Below, in pieces: positions 34,962-48,229 of a DNA stretch of 64,000 nucleotides. The notes beneath the pieces are model-generated. The model saw only the letters and a list, made by a program, of their open reading frames with translations. It searched no databases and was not told the origin of the DNA. The translations under genes were made by a program, and so were the position numbers. Numbering within the stretch: position 1 is the stretch's first letter; every line of letters begins with the position of its first letter. Source of the stretch: Massalongia carnosa (lineage: Eukaryota); assembly GCA_965645245.1 (NCBI GenBank), contig OZ287069.1, positions 868,001 to 932,000 on the forward strand. The letters run 5' to 3'.

Positions 34962-37133
34962 ATGTCGACGGCCCATGTACGATGGCCTCTTCTGTACTTT
35001 TGCCTTCCTCTCTCCAGTCTGGCTGGCCAACCCTCTATGGTATCATTGCCACCAGACCTCACCCAGATGATTCCTCCATGCGCTCATGTCTGCGTCGAGT
35101 CCTTCGTCGCCGAACAGTTCCCCATATCCACCTGCTCTTTTTATCCGAGTCTTCCCTGCTTGTGCCAAAGCAACAGCGTTTCTGGTTTTACGCTCGGGGA
35201 AGGGAGCCTGCGCTGTCTGGTCTCTGCTTGCTCAAATAACGACCAGAATGATCTTTATGCTGCTTATGAGATCTGTCAGGAAGTTTTCAACGCCCAACCG
35301 ATGACGCATAGTACTCTCACCATTACCCTATATAGCGATACAGCCCCCCGGGAATCCACCCGTACATCGGCAATGTTGAGTTCCTCATCATCCCATCAAA
35401 CCAGCATCAATACCATATCGTCTCATTCCACCATTCATACTCCTACCTCATCATCACAAAATACAGATAATACATACTCCATGACATTCCCAGTCACTTT
35501 GGCAACGGGCGCACCGTTTCCTTCTCAGTCAACTGCCTCAGTTTCTTCGTTGAACTTGCCATCTTCTACTCCACGTTCAAGTACAGCTGCCAGCGAGTCT
35601 TCTGGGTCGCCCGCTACTGCTATAGCGGCAGCACAGCCAGTTCTTACCAAGCCACAAATTGCAGGTGTAAGTGTTGCAGGCGTGGCTGCCGTTGCTACCG
35701 CCTTTGGTATTATTATTTTCCTTTGCTGTATTCGTCGAAGACGCTCCAGAAGACGGGACAGCGATTCAAGTTTTGGTGGAGATGAGATATACGAGAGTCG
35801 TCCAGGTTCAACAGGCTTATATCCAACCACTGGAAATATAACCAGAGATTTTGCTCCTCTAGAAGCTCAGCATGGGCAAAACAACCCTGTAAAGACAGAG
35901 GGGAGTCCAGCAAGCCTTTGGAGGAGAAGGAGTGCGCAGCATGAGGAAATAGGTATAGCTATGGATTCTGAGATGATGCAGAGGCCTATCGTCAACCAGT
36001 CCCCCATGAGCATCAAAAGCTATCGGACAACTTCGAGATTACTGCCAGATAAACCTGATTTATCCTTAATTCCCGCCCCATTGCGTATCAATCATTCGTT
36101 AAGCCCCGAAAGTCCAGCAGGGGGTGTTGTGCCAGGAGTAGCTGGAATTGGGGTCAGGGGGGCAACGCCGTTGAAGAGGCCTGCCCCACGAGGTCGCAAC
36201 TCGTTCAACACAAGTCCACACACACTCCCATCTGGGTTTGCTAACGTACGCCCTTACGCTTCTGATCCCTTTCTCGATTCCCGTTCCGATCCTTCCGCTT
36301 CAGTGTATGCACATCAAGGAAGACAAAACCCTCGAACAAAAGTACCAAATAACTACCGGCCCAATCCCGAGATCTTGGGTCAGGGGCAGTGGACTCAATC
36401 CTTGGAAAACCTCCCGAAGCCTGTGCCCGCTCGTCAATCTTCCAGTGCACGGACGCTTAGTCGTCAAAAAGCATCAATCAGCCCAAGCGACTACACGGGT
36501 CGGCCAATATTCGATTTGTCAACGCCACCACCTCTGCCAACGCCTTTGCCGCGTAAGCCTGTGCCGAGAAGGAAGAGCACGCCAAAACGACCACCAACGC
36601 ACTACTCCAGCGCATCTGAAACTAGCTTTGAAGATGCCGGCAACGACGATGAAGAAATGCCGGCATCCCACCCCCTTCTTTCTCCCGTGGCAGAATCACC
36701 CGCGATAATTTCCTCTCGAGGCAAAGTCACCTATCCTAGGGCGCCCGGATTCGCTACCTTACACTATGAACGCCGCCCTGAACCTGAGAGTCCCACGCCT
36801 AAACCAGCACGCAGGAAACAGCCACCACCGCTCGTAACCTCGGGAACGAACCTGAAACCGTTGAAAAGCAATCTTAAACCGCTTCCCAGGGTCCCCGAAA
36901 ACCCCGAGAGCGCTCTTCTAGGGGTTGGCAGAGAGCGCGGTGGCCAAAGGCCTACCCAGATCATAACAGATTCACGGAACAGCCCAAGGGGAGAGGTAGA
37001 GTTAAGACGAACCGCAAAGTGGAAGATATTAGTTAGTCCCGGCTTGGAGGGAATTGAGAGTGTAGGGACACCGCGGTCAAGGAGCAGTCCCCAATGGATA
37101 CCAAACACGCCAACGAGGATGAATGTAAGATAG
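34962..37133 (+). CDS. CFEM-domain single-pass membrane protein with S/T-rich stalk and long cytoplasmic tail
   Basis: Signal-like N-terminus, 8-Cys CFEM pattern (PPCAHVC..C..CLC..C..C..C), TM IAGVSVAGVAAVATAFGIIIFLCCI followed by RRRR. A 5'-UTR intron acceptor lies just before the ATG. Confidence 0.85.
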   Translation: MSTAHVRWPLLYFCLPLSSLAGQPSMVSLPPDLTQMIPPCAHVCVESFVAEQFPISTCSFYPSLPCLCQSNSVSGFTLGEGSLRCLVSACSNNDQNDLYAAYEICQEVFNAQPMTHSTLTITLYSDTAPRESTRTSAMLSSSSSHQTSINTISSHSTIHTPTSSSQNTDNTYSMTFPVTLATGAPFPSQSTASVSSLNLPSSTPRSSTAASESSGSPATAIAAAQPVLTKPQIAGVSVAGVAAVATAFGIIIFLCCIRRRRSRRRDSDSSFGGDEIYESRPGSTGLYPTTGNITRDFAPLEAQHGQNNPVKTEGSPASLWRRRSAQHEEIGIAMDSEMMQRPIVNQSPMSIKSYRTTSRLLPDKPDLSLIPAPLRINHSLSPESPAGGVVPGVAGIGVRGATPLKRPAPRGRNSFNTSPHTLPSGFANVRPYASDPFLDSRSDPSASVYAHQGRQNPRTKVPNNYRPNPEILGQGQWTQSLENLPKPVPARQSSSARTLSRQKASISPSDYTGRPIFDLSTPPPLPTPLPRKPVPRRKSTPKRPPTHYSSASETSFEDAGNDDEEMPASHPLLSPVAESPAIISSRGKVTYPRAPGFATLHYERRPEPESPTPKPARRKQPPPLVTSGTNLKPLKSNLKPLPRVPENPESALLGVGRERGGQRPTQIITDSRNSPRGEVELRRTAKWKILVSPGLEGIESVGTPRSRSSPQWIPNTPTRMNVR

Positions 37134-39200
37134 ATGGATATGGACTGGCATAGTCTTTGTATACTTTTGGGATGCATTAACGGCGTTTGATATTTTAGAT
37201 ACCTGCAGGGCGTTGCTCCAGGGAGGCATTTCGGAAAATGGCAAAAGGCGTTAGTATAGGCATCATTGCATCAGCGTTGGGGCGACACAGTTGAACACGA
37301 TTGTTTCTTTGTTTAAATGAGATGGATGGATGGAGTAGTCCATACGGATGGACGTGACAGACAATCTTTTGTGTATATGAAGCTTGTCTTCACGAAGACA
37401 TTTAATGTATAAATAAATCGATACCCAAAGCAAACGCTATCAATACTACCTACCTATCTCTTTGGCCTTTTACCCATCAACAGCGAAATATCGAGGCAAA
37501 GATTCCTCGATGCACTCGTGATGTTTAAGCTGGATTGGTTCTTTTCTCAGCGATGAGGGGTAAACAACTATGATGAACCCCATCAACTATCTACTCCGAA
37601 CATCAGCCCATAATTGATTGAACATCCCATCTCCTATGCGATGGAAATGGTTGCTACGAGATTACTCTCCAGGACAGGGTCGTTCGACTTGCAGGGATGA
37701 CGTCCACGGTCTAATGATGATCTTCCCCGGCAGTTTCGCCGAGCTCAGGCGAACGCTGTGCACCATCGGTCGTGTTCTTCGCGTTGCATGCATCGCAATG
37801 TTTCTATGCTGCCGACAACGTGAAAACACTCGACGAATGAAATCCTCACTAACAGGCATGTCTTGACCGAGTTAACCGACGTCACGGTTCCTGCAACGTT
37901 TTCGTCCGTCTACTTCGTACACTGCATGGCTTTCCCCTCCATGGGGCAGCTCCCCTTCCTCTCGCCCCTCGACGGCTGCATTGGCTGACGGTTTCGCCCA
38001 GCGCCCTGGGTGAGGGGTAGAGACTGCATGCCCATCGTCAACGTCGATCATGCTAAGGTAACATGATGGAATGAATCAAATGGCTGGATTCCATCTTGCC
38101 TCCCATCATAGGGATGTTCCATCATACGAATACACGGTTGGGCAACCTAGCTAAAAGTACAGGAATTACCCTGACAAAAACCCTCAACGAGGGCATTGTA
38201 GAGACGGGTAAGCACCTTTCTTGACGCTTTGGGTGGGTTTCACATATTTCGTGTCTTCATGGGAACGGGAGAGTGAGTTTGTGCATGCGCTGATTGGCTT
38301 AGTTTCTGCAGGTCGATATTTCAATTGGGATTTATGGTGGCCGAATATTAATAAGCGTTGAGACGCCCCAGCAATCTAGAAACGTCACAAAACTATGAAC
38401 AGCGGATGAACAGCAATCCCCCTCTCCCCACAGTGCTAGAAAAAGGGAAGTGGTTGCCTTAGCTTTTGCAGTGATGAGCTGCTTCACCCAAGGCAATGTT
38501 GTATAGTACCGGGATATATCCAAGTTAACCCACCCTCAAGACTGGCACGGAAAAAGAGGGGAACCGCAAGAGAGAACTCAAAAGACATGCAATGAAGCAT
38601 GCGAAAACCATATGCAACATATTCTGTGAAACCGGGGTGAAAGTGGGCCACATGTACTCCCAATACAGCCGCCAAAGTGGTAGGATATCAATGCTCGTAC
38701 GGCCCGACCTCTTTTCTCCTCTTTCTAGGAATCTAATAAGCTTCTCTTCCGCTGTTCCGCATAATGCAACAGCGCTTCCTACTATCGATGTTCCACAGAT
38801 CATCCAACGATTAACTGAATGCATGCATTCGGTTGTGATTAGCATCCGTTCTCTATGCGGAGGCGAACTGTTCTTGATAGTATATGCAGTCTATATCGTA
38901 TAGCTTCCCCTAAAGAAGCAACAAGGGGCTTGGACCTGGCGTCTGGTACAGCATCTATACGAGCTGAACTCACTGCCCGTAGTTATCCAGCATCCGCATC
39001 CGCACCGCTCTAGATTTCGTAGCGAGGTAAAGCTTAAGCTGCCTGAGCTCGTTCAAGTCAAGAAATAGGACTGTATATAAAGGGATAACCACCTTCCTTT
39101 CCTTACCTCGAACCATCAAGAGCTTTATACCAACAACTCCAACATCTCCAACGAAAGCAGCAACCTTGTCTCGCCCGATCTCAAAACTCCAAGCTTAAAC

Positions 39201-39858
39201 ATGAAGTACTTCACAGCAACAGTCCTTGCAACCATGGCTACACTCGGCGTTAGTAGCCGTATTCGCTTCCCCATCGACGTCGAGTTCAGCTACCCGATCC
39301 AAATGCACCATAAGACATCTCAGGACATCGGCATTGAGGCCACGGGCGGGGTTTATCTTTGCATCAACGATAAATTCAACCCGCCATGCGAACATCTCCC
39401 GGTCCAGCTAGGCCAGTGTAGTATGTCATCCATTTTTCCTATTCCCTTTTCATGACAAGCATTCTATGCCGGGTACGAGAGATGCAATCTGCTAACCAGA
39501 GGCCCTAACAAATGCAGCGAGCGTTGCAAGCGGCTGGAACGATAAGATCAGCGCCGTAGGGCCAGACGGCGGCACCGTGTGCTACTTCTACATGTAGGTT
39601 TCGCTCTCTCAGTTTCTCACCTCATCATCCGCTCCCTACGCCTTTCACGACCAGCCAGCCAGCAAATGAATCGGCTTCGTTACGTTTTCTTGCTGACCTG
39701 AAGGCTGCGTCCGTGGGACTTCCAGAGACTATTACTGTGGCGGCAACAAGCTCGGGCCCGTTGGATACGGCGGCTACTCCGACCTCCGTTTTGTGGGAGA
39801 CGGCAGCTTCAACGACGCTATCAGTAGCTATCGGTGCGAGGCGCGAACATATGATTAG
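39201..39858 (+). CDS. Small secreted Cys-rich protein, beta/gamma-crystallin-like; introns about 39421-39517 and 39593-39725
   Basis: Signal peptide MKYFTATVLATMATLGVSS. Repeated motifs WNDKISAV and FNDAISSYRC. TATA box TATATAA near 39074. Confidence 0.75.
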
Positions 39859-42800
39859 GAGGTTTAGGCGGCCTTTGGGGGAAATGGGGTCGTTCGTCCG
39901 GAAAATCTCGTGGGTTGGCAAAGTTTGGTTGGCTTAAAGAGGGAGTTAGCTAATCGGCGGAGAAAGACTTGGGGTAGCTGAGATTCGTTGACAAAAAGTG
40001 GCTGGATGGATGGACCAAGTGAAGTGTGGGATTGTGACTTGATAAGCGATTAACTCACGTTCATTCTTTTACATAACTAGAAGCAGAACAGACACACCTG
40101 AAATATGCTGAAAACCCCTCATCCTCACCTCATGCTTGCATACTCGTTTACCCCCCTTTCCGAATATTATTATCCTTTTCCTCCCCTAACCCCCACCAAC
40201 CCCCCCCCCACTTCCCCATCATATTCCAAGAACCCCTCCCCCACCAAAACCCACCCCTCTCCGTGCTGCAGGGATATATCCGTTAAAGATAACAACTACT
40301 ACGAGGAGTAGTATAACGTATATGTTGGTGGACCAAAAAAGAAAAAAGATAAAAGGGTGCTATTTTGCAGGGTTAACCGCCTAGTTTCCCCTTACTAGAT
40401 TAGTACCTAGGTCGGTAAGTAGAATAGACGTGATAGTTGTGGTTGGAAATACTTGGTAGCGCGGCGTGGAATAGATGGGGAGGCAGGTAGGTAAATAGAG
40501 ATTTACTTGATTGGTAATGGGCGAGAATGGGAATGGAATTAAAGAACGAGAATGGAAAGCTAGTTAATAACTAGCTGATGATGACATGGAATTGTATATA
40601 TATCTTTCTCTGTATGAATCTTATTCTTCCGCGTCCTATAAAAACGTAAAACTTCCAACACTAGACACCAACAGTAGTCAAGCAAGCTAAGAACGTACGA
40701 ACAAAAACGGAAACTCAAACAGGAATGCCATACATGCTAAATTTATGGAGAAAATATCCGAGTCCTGGAGTACAAAGTTGTCGAGGCAGGGAGTCTGGCA
40801 ATGACATTCTAGGCAGCTAACCTACGTCTATGTTTATATCTTCTTATCTGTCTACCTGGGTAGGTATGCAAGGTACGCCGGGGGAGGTCGGCTAGGCAGA
40901 CAGGGAGTAACTGGATAGGTACGTGAGGTATAGATGGATGGATGGATGGATCAATGGCGGGTTGGCGGACTTGTTGTTGCGCCTGTAGACTTTCTGTTTG
41001 GGTTGTCGCGCCCTCTGATGATGACGATAATGAGGCGGAAGCAGCTGTTGTAGAAGCAATTAGGATAACGTAGCTGTATTGTGTTGTTTTGGAGATTAGG
41101 GAGAGTAGGGTAACAAGAGCAGTATACGAGCGTTGATGGTTGATAGGAACGAGACTGAAGACTAAGGAAGCTATGCTGATGGCACAGACGAGGAAGAAGC
41201 AGCGGCTAGTTATTAGAGATACTCAAGAGTCTGAAATCATCGTAAAGGCAACGATCCTTGAGAGAAGCCTAGCAATTTTGGGGATTTATTTGAATTCGTA
41301 CTTTTGTATTGGCCTTGGTCTTGAAGTGAGAAGCTGCTGTAAGGGTTTAGCCTGCATGAAATATGGATCTTCATGGATCGATGCAATCATTTTGGGTACA
41401 TCCTAAGCTGGGTGGCCAAACGGAGGTCCCAATAGATTAGCTTTTAAGCGTCCATGGGGTTGGAGTGTTTCGCTCGTAGCAATAGCGACCATGTAGGCAT
41501 TGAGAGGCATTTGAGTTGAACAAGTTTCAAGACTCCGATCACTAACGCTCAATATCATTGGATTGAAGAAGTTAAGCCATTACAGTGTTCTAGATACCTC
41601 CATGAAATGAAATCGAAATAGGCATCCATTGTGAATGCCTCTTTTAATCAACTGTTGACCGCTACTGGAATGTATGTTGCTTTAACGCACCTAATCGTGC
41701 TGCTCACTTTCGTCAGCGTCGTAAGTCTCTTAACCCTCATTAGCGTAGCATCGGTCGTCGCATTGATTGCCATGATGGCCTTTTCGCCTCTCAGCGTAGC
41801 ATATGTTGCACTTCTTTACATGGCCCCCAGTTCTTGCAGGAAAGCCGGGTGTGAGTTCACCATGAGTGATCCAGGTCCATCATCAGCGTTGGCCTGTCGT
41901 TTAGGTTGGGCGATTGGGTTGTTCCAGGAAGGAAAACGTCAACGGAGCCGGTGCAACAAGTTCCGCCAGAGGATTGATACGAGATGTAAACATAGAGCTT
42001 GTGGAATATTCGATATGTTTTATGAGAATACACAGTCATATCGCGTGCTATATGCGCCACCCAGGCACGTGCCAGGCTAACTAAGCGATCCAACTATCTC
42101 AAGCTAACCACCTTAAGCTATTAGCGATATGAGGTCAAATCTACAAGAAACTCCGGCATTCGAGGCCATCTTACATACATACATATCAGCCTTCCATCCG
42201 CAAACTGCTCCAATGGAAACCTACTATTATCATCCTCGGACTACTTACCATATGGAGAGGTAGATCAACTACAGAGTGCCGTTTGGAGGCTATGAACCCA
42301 AGGCCATGTGGGAGAGGATGGTGAACAAAGTGACACAGATGCTAGTTCCATGACTCAGAAGACACGTTTGGTGCAACAATCCATACGATTTCGACATAAT
42401 ATGGGACCATACTCTCAGATCATACCTTAGATGTACTGTTTCATGACATGATGACCATTGGACACGCAAAGATTATACACCTCATAGCCGCGAGCCCGCA
42501 TTACGTCCAATCAGAGTTTCAGAATACCGATGGAAAACATATCTGTGTGCCTGAAGGTTGCGTGCCAAAACCTCATAAGGCGTAAGGACTCTTGAAATCT
42601 GGGCCTATTGCGATGTTTGGTGTCGAACCGCGTTCGATGTGAAAGAAGTATTGGTCGAGAAAATTTCAATTTTTAGGAGCTTCTTCTAAGTTTGAACGAG
42701 ATTCCCTGTCAAGGAATTCTTAGCTTGCTACTTGAATTCGCTTCGGTCAACCTTCCTTAACCCTTCTTCATCTTGTTCGAGTGCGAGCGAGTGACGCGGC

Positions 42801-43605
42801 CAGGGGCTGCCGAGTCAACCACTTTGCTGGGATGATCTGCAGCAACCAGGTGCAAATTCTTTCGGGTTTTGTATTAGCATTGATCCACCGCTCAAATTGT
42901 CGTACGAACATTCTGCTTCCCAAGAACCAGTTCATCTTCTCCTGCACTACACCGCTTCTGTTTCTACGTAATTTTGAACTTAATCCCCTGATAGGTTAGC
43001 TCGTGCTCTGAAGCAGCGCCGTCGGGTCTTTCCATAAATCCCTTAGATTTTGCCTTGTTTTCAATGCCCTAGGTCAGCTTGTTGATTCAACAGGCTTAGC
43101 TTTCTATCTATCGAAAAATTCATCTCAAAAGTTCTTCAAGATATTGTTATCGGTGATCCTGTATGAAATGAGTGGAGCTCCGAACTGACCGTCAAAGTGT
43201 TAAGGAACACCTCAAGAAAGAAGGCCATGGTTGGCTATGGACCGAAGTCTGGGCGGTGTTCGCAACGGTGCCAACTTCTCAGTATAGGCGACCATTCTTT
43301 ATACGGCTTCCAGTTCCTATTGGACACCTGGTGCAAACTCTCGGTGTTATAAAGGTTGATACTAATCATGTTGAGCAAATTCGGATTCATGTTAGCTTTG
43401 TTCTCTGATCAGGCGTCCAGTCTTCTAGAGTCACAGTCGATATTTGAATCATTCTCGTAACGACGCTTTTCATCCCTTTCCAACACAGCAGCCCTCTCTC
43501 TCAGCCTAAAACGTTAGCCTAGACTCTCGCTGTCTTGTAACGAATAAATTATTTTAGACACAGTTATCACCTATTCAGGGCTCCTGGTTAGAGACTTCTA
43601 GCGTA

Positions 43606-44633
43606 ATGCGAGTAGCTATTGCCGGTTCAGGGGGTCTAGCATGTTGGATAGCCCATTACTTGGCTACTGAAACGTATCACTCATTCATCATCCTTTCACG
43701 AGCGGTATGAGATCTCGTTCACCAATACTCTAGAGTATGAGGCTGACAACTGGTAGCCTAAACCGCATCTTACGGCCAAAGGTTGGCAAGTGGTCGTAGT
43801 TGACTATTCGAATGAAGCCAGCTTAATCTTCAATCTTGCCGGTGTTGATGTGGTAATATCAACCATCAGCGGCGCCTCCCAGCTTGCGCTCATCGATGCT
43901 GCATTTCAAGTTGGAGTCTGTCGGTTTGCACCCGCTGAATTCGAGGGTTTGCCTTCACTCCGTCCGATCCAAGATGCCTTGGATCGTGGTAGAAGGAGAG
44001 CTTTGGAACGGCTTCACCAATACCGTTTCCGGGGCATGCAATACTGCATTTTCATCTGCGGCATTTTTTACGAGCGTTTTGCACCAGGGGGCATGATTGC
44101 GTCAAACATCGGCCGTGGATCTGGCATTAGCGGAGAAGGAGATTTTGTTGTTAACATTCGCCAAATGAGAGCCCAGATTCCGCATGGAGCTAACGGCCGG
44201 CCTGCGACTGTTTGCATTACCTCAGCGCAAGATGTAGGCCGGTTTGTTGCCGCCGCAGTGAGTATGCCACAATGGCCGGCCGAGCTTAGGATGTGTGGGG
44301 AGCGAATCGATCTATCTAACCTTGTGCGGGCCGCGGAGGTGCTAAGAGGTATTTTCTCGTTCAGATGCCAATGTTTAACACGGCACTAACTACCGTTCAG
44401 GTCAACCATTTGAGCGGGCCGATCACAACATAGCGAGCTTGGAATCGGCTCTTCATTTGGCACAAGTGGCTCAAGACATGCAGGGCCAGCTTCGCGTCAT
44501 CGCGCTCATAGCAAGTACGGAAGGCAGGTACGATTTTACGGAGCCGACTCTAAATGACCTGGTTGGCTTTACACCCACATCGTTTCAGGCTTGGCTGCAG
44601 ACGGTTTGGCCCGGACATCTCCTATCGCCATGA
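43606..44633 (+). CDS. NmrA-like / isoflavone-reductase-like NAD(P)-binding protein, 3 exons
   Basis: MRVAIAGSGGLA, VDY..L.GVDVVISTI, LIDAA..GV.RFAPAEF, CGIFYE and DVGRFVAAA. Confidence 0.88.
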
Positions 44634-46960
44634 TGAACTCCGATAGATTGTTTGGCAGGTCAGTTAGTCTACAGGCACATCTTTGTCTTGCTCCCATCTA
44701 AGTTCATCGGCAAATAACTCCGGTTAAAATTACAACTCGAAGAAATGCCAAATCAACGTTATACTTTCCTTTACTCTCAATTTGTCACATTGTCGGCGAG
44801 GAAGCGATGCTGTGCTTGATCGAAAAAGTTTTTGTTTTCCAATTTCTTGGTCTTGATGCTGTTCATCTGTTTTATTCTCTTGGTTTTCTTAATCTTAATA
44901 TTCATCCCTATATTCTGTCATTCCGATGCCTACCATCGCTATCGTTGTATTTACAATATTTTACAATCTCCGTTTCCAAACCATCATCGTTTCATCGATG
45001 CGCCAGGCTTAAAAACCGGCCCTGTCCCTACCAACATATTTCCCCCTTTCTCAGATCTGGGCTTGTTCTATAAACCTTCCCCAGCAGGCACTTATCATCT
45101 CCTTTCCACACCCCTTACACAACCCAACCCATCCATATACGTAAGCAACCATATCACTCCTCCACCGAAAATTCGAGCCCACCCATGGCAGCTTGTAGTA
45201 AAGGATTCACAATACAAGTAACAATACAAGTACTGCAAAACTCCTAAGTAGGTATCCAACTTAGAAAACCCACCATCACCTCTCCTTTTGCCATCAAAAC
45301 TCGAGGGAAAAATCCCACCAACGCCCGTAAATCGTATTCAACAGGTGAAAGGCGCTGCTACGCATATGATAGAACCTTCCAATCCTAGTCGATAGGACCT
45401 TAACGGGCAGGGATGATGTTTCAGAATTTTAACGAAGAGGGTAGTAGTGAGCAACTCTCGTGTACATGTGAAGCGAAAGCCTTACTGCAACTTGCGTACG
45501 GAGGAGATTCGCGGTGATGTGATGATTGTATCCCCCTTATTACACCTATTACACCTATTCACCCAACCCTCCCAATACAAAGGGGTTACACTCCCAGCTG
45601 CCCTACGTCTAGTCACAACTACCTACCCACCCACCTAGCAGATCTCATTCCCATGGAATCATCGTCGTCATTGCTATCTCGAAAACAAAAAACAAACCGA
45701 GTTAATCGGCAAGTATCAAACCAAATCTTTGGAGGGCTCTTTCTCCACTATTCATAATCTCTGAAGCATTTATCTATAACCACTTATCCTTGCATTTCGA
45801 ACCGAAAGAGATGTTGTGATGAAGGTCTGCGGTGGGAATTTGTGGTATGTAGAGGTAGGGTAGGTACCTAGACAAGGTTTGGTCAGGTCTTTGGAGAGTA
45901 TATAATCATGGCGGTGAGTAGCAACGGCGTTACGTGGACTTCTTTGATCCTCTATGTTTTAAATATTTTTGGGGGCAACGAAGCAGAGTACGAGCGAGCA
46001 AGCACATATAGGAGTTAGGAGATAGGATGCTGCGTATTACCTTTTTTCCCGTGAATTTTAGAAATAGATGATCTATCTAAGCTTGATCGAAATTCTGGCA
46101 TGAATAAGGGATGGTGGGTGGCGAAGAGAAAATGTACAATCGCTTGTGCTTATGATAAATAAACTTAAATTCCGTAACAGGGAAATTTAGCTAAAAAGAC
46201 AAGCTTTCCATGTATTGGCATTTTCGAAGTTAGATATCTTACGTTTATAAGCCAATCATGAGCTCCGCTAAGCCCACGGAATTTTTTCGAAAGAAAGCAC
46301 TATCAACACGGTTCTTCATGCCGAAATTCAGCCCACGTCAGGAATGCCGAGTTTCGAGCGTATGTGTGCGGACCATTGCTAATTTAAAGGAAGCGAGGTA
46401 ATACAAACCAACGTCATCATCAAGCAAACCCCCGAGGAGGAGGGGGAGGAGGAGGAAGAGGATGTATTCTAGAAGCGTAAACGAGATTCGTGCGAACCGG
46501 CCAACACCGCTGAGTGAGATTTCCCCGAGGTGGTATTGGAGACGGGGGATCACGTAGTAGTCTCTAGTGAGCGAGCGTTTTGTAGCCTAAAGAAGATATG
46601 TTTCTCTTATTTATAGCATCTTTGAAAGTAACTAGGTACACCTGCTGCTGACATTGGGGACTGGGATGGAATTTTTAGCAAAGGGGGTAGGAAGGAAGGA
46701 GTGTAGCAGTTTGGCTATGGACAGGGGCGGTAACGCTTAGTTATGTTGGTTTAGATGGCTGGCAGGTGTAGTTGGGGTTGAAAATGAAAGTAATCACCGA
46801 GAAGGACATGAAGGAAGAATAATAGAGGTTTAGGATATTTGTATTGGTTCATCATCACTGACGAATAGTGTTGTAAACTGGATGTCTTGATTAACACATC
46901 GGATTATTTGCTCGTATAATTTCAATTTACAATAAATATCAAAATGATACCATTTATTTC

Positions 46961-47062
46961 GCCTTCGGGCATTTGGTCAATTTGAAACGATACAGAGAAG
47001 ATTAGCATGGCCCCTGCACTAAGGATGACACGCTCAATCAAAGAGAAGCTACCAATTTTTTT
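46961..47062 (+). ncRNA. U6: U6 spliceosomal snRNA
   Basis: GATACAGAGAAGATTAGCATGGCCCCTGCACTAAGGATGACACG contains the ACAGAGA box, AGC triad and ISL. 5' hairpin GCC-TTCG-GGC and T7 terminator at 47056-47062. Confidence 0.97.
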
Positions 47063-47080
47063 ACCGATCTAAGTGACTGT

Positions 47081-47091
47081 GGGTTCGAGTC
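47081..47091 (+). promoter_or_regulatory. Pol III B box downstream of U6
   Basis: GGTTCGAGTC matches the GTTCRANYC consensus, about 20 nt after the U6 terminator. Confidence 0.75.
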
Positions 47092-48229
47092 ACCCTCTTT
47101 AATTTTCGTTTCTTTATTTTTTATTTTCATTTATTTATTTATTTTAAATTTCAAACAATCGCTTGTTATGACAAGCTAACTGTCTTCTCCCTCTCACTAT
47201 CTCCCTCTCTTCCCCTTGCAACAGCCAACTAGAAACAACCCAACCACCACCAAAAAACCTGTCCATCTCGACCAACCAAACCCGTCTTACTCCTACAGAT
47301 CTGCGTATCACCTACCCGCCCCCTCCAAAAGAGGAAACTCCTTCCTTTCTGCCCCTCATTCTCCAACTGGAAACCTTTTGCGGTAGGGGAACTCATAGTC
47401 ATGTTAGGAAAGTATGTGCGCAGTCCGAGGTCACAGTACTTTTACTCCTGGTTTTTGGATTCCCGTTCGTTCGATCTCTGTCAAGCCCCCTTGGCGTCTT
47501 GTCCCATTCCCTCGGGCGGTTTCTGCTTCTCTACCCTTATCCAGTGCAGTCCAAGCGAACCGACTGATTGCTTTGCCTGGGGTCGTTGAGTCATCCTCTC
47601 TCTAATCTTCTAAGTAGTTCTTCATTCCTCCTCGTCCCTAGTTAGTCAACGTAAGTACGTCTATGCGACAGTATCTTTTCTTTCCATTTTTCGCGCCACC
47701 CCTCACCATCCTTCTCTCATTCGTCTACGTGGGACTCAGAGTGGTTAGAAATGAAAAAGATTGCGTGGGTGCCTGGAAATTTAGGTATTCTATACAGAGT
47801 GTCCCCTAAAGCTAGAAAATTTCAGATTACTAATAATGGAGCTGTGGGTGGTAAACTAACTTTTTCGGATATTCCTACTAAATAAACCCTTGTCACATTA
47901 GTGCCGATCCTTCAATGACGTCACCCGTAACTTCCACTGCAAGCTCCCCAGAAGGCTGAGAACAGGCGAAAAGGGGGGTTTTCTACGCCTTTTGGATGAT
48001 GGTAGGCACAAAAACTAGGGTGGAGAAGGGTGAAATTGCTGAAGGGTTTTTTCTATTTTATGAACAAGATGGTGGTGCGATGAGATTAGGTAGATACCCG
48101 TAGATCAACGCCTTGGAAATCAAACCCCTCTCTCGAAAACCAAAAAAACCCCGCTTCCCTGGCTTTAACTCCGTAGCTAGTCGCACAAGAATTATTTCCC
48201 TCGCTGTACATTATATTTCATTTGCCTGT

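Noticed and set aside
37463..37476. U5 loop-1-like GCCTTTTAC
   Set aside because: No extended U5 stem or Sm site.
47066..47095. tRNA gene at GGTTCGAGTC (similar words at 59452 and 63921)
   Set aside because: No cloverleaf can be formed. The 47081 copy is explained as the U6 B box.
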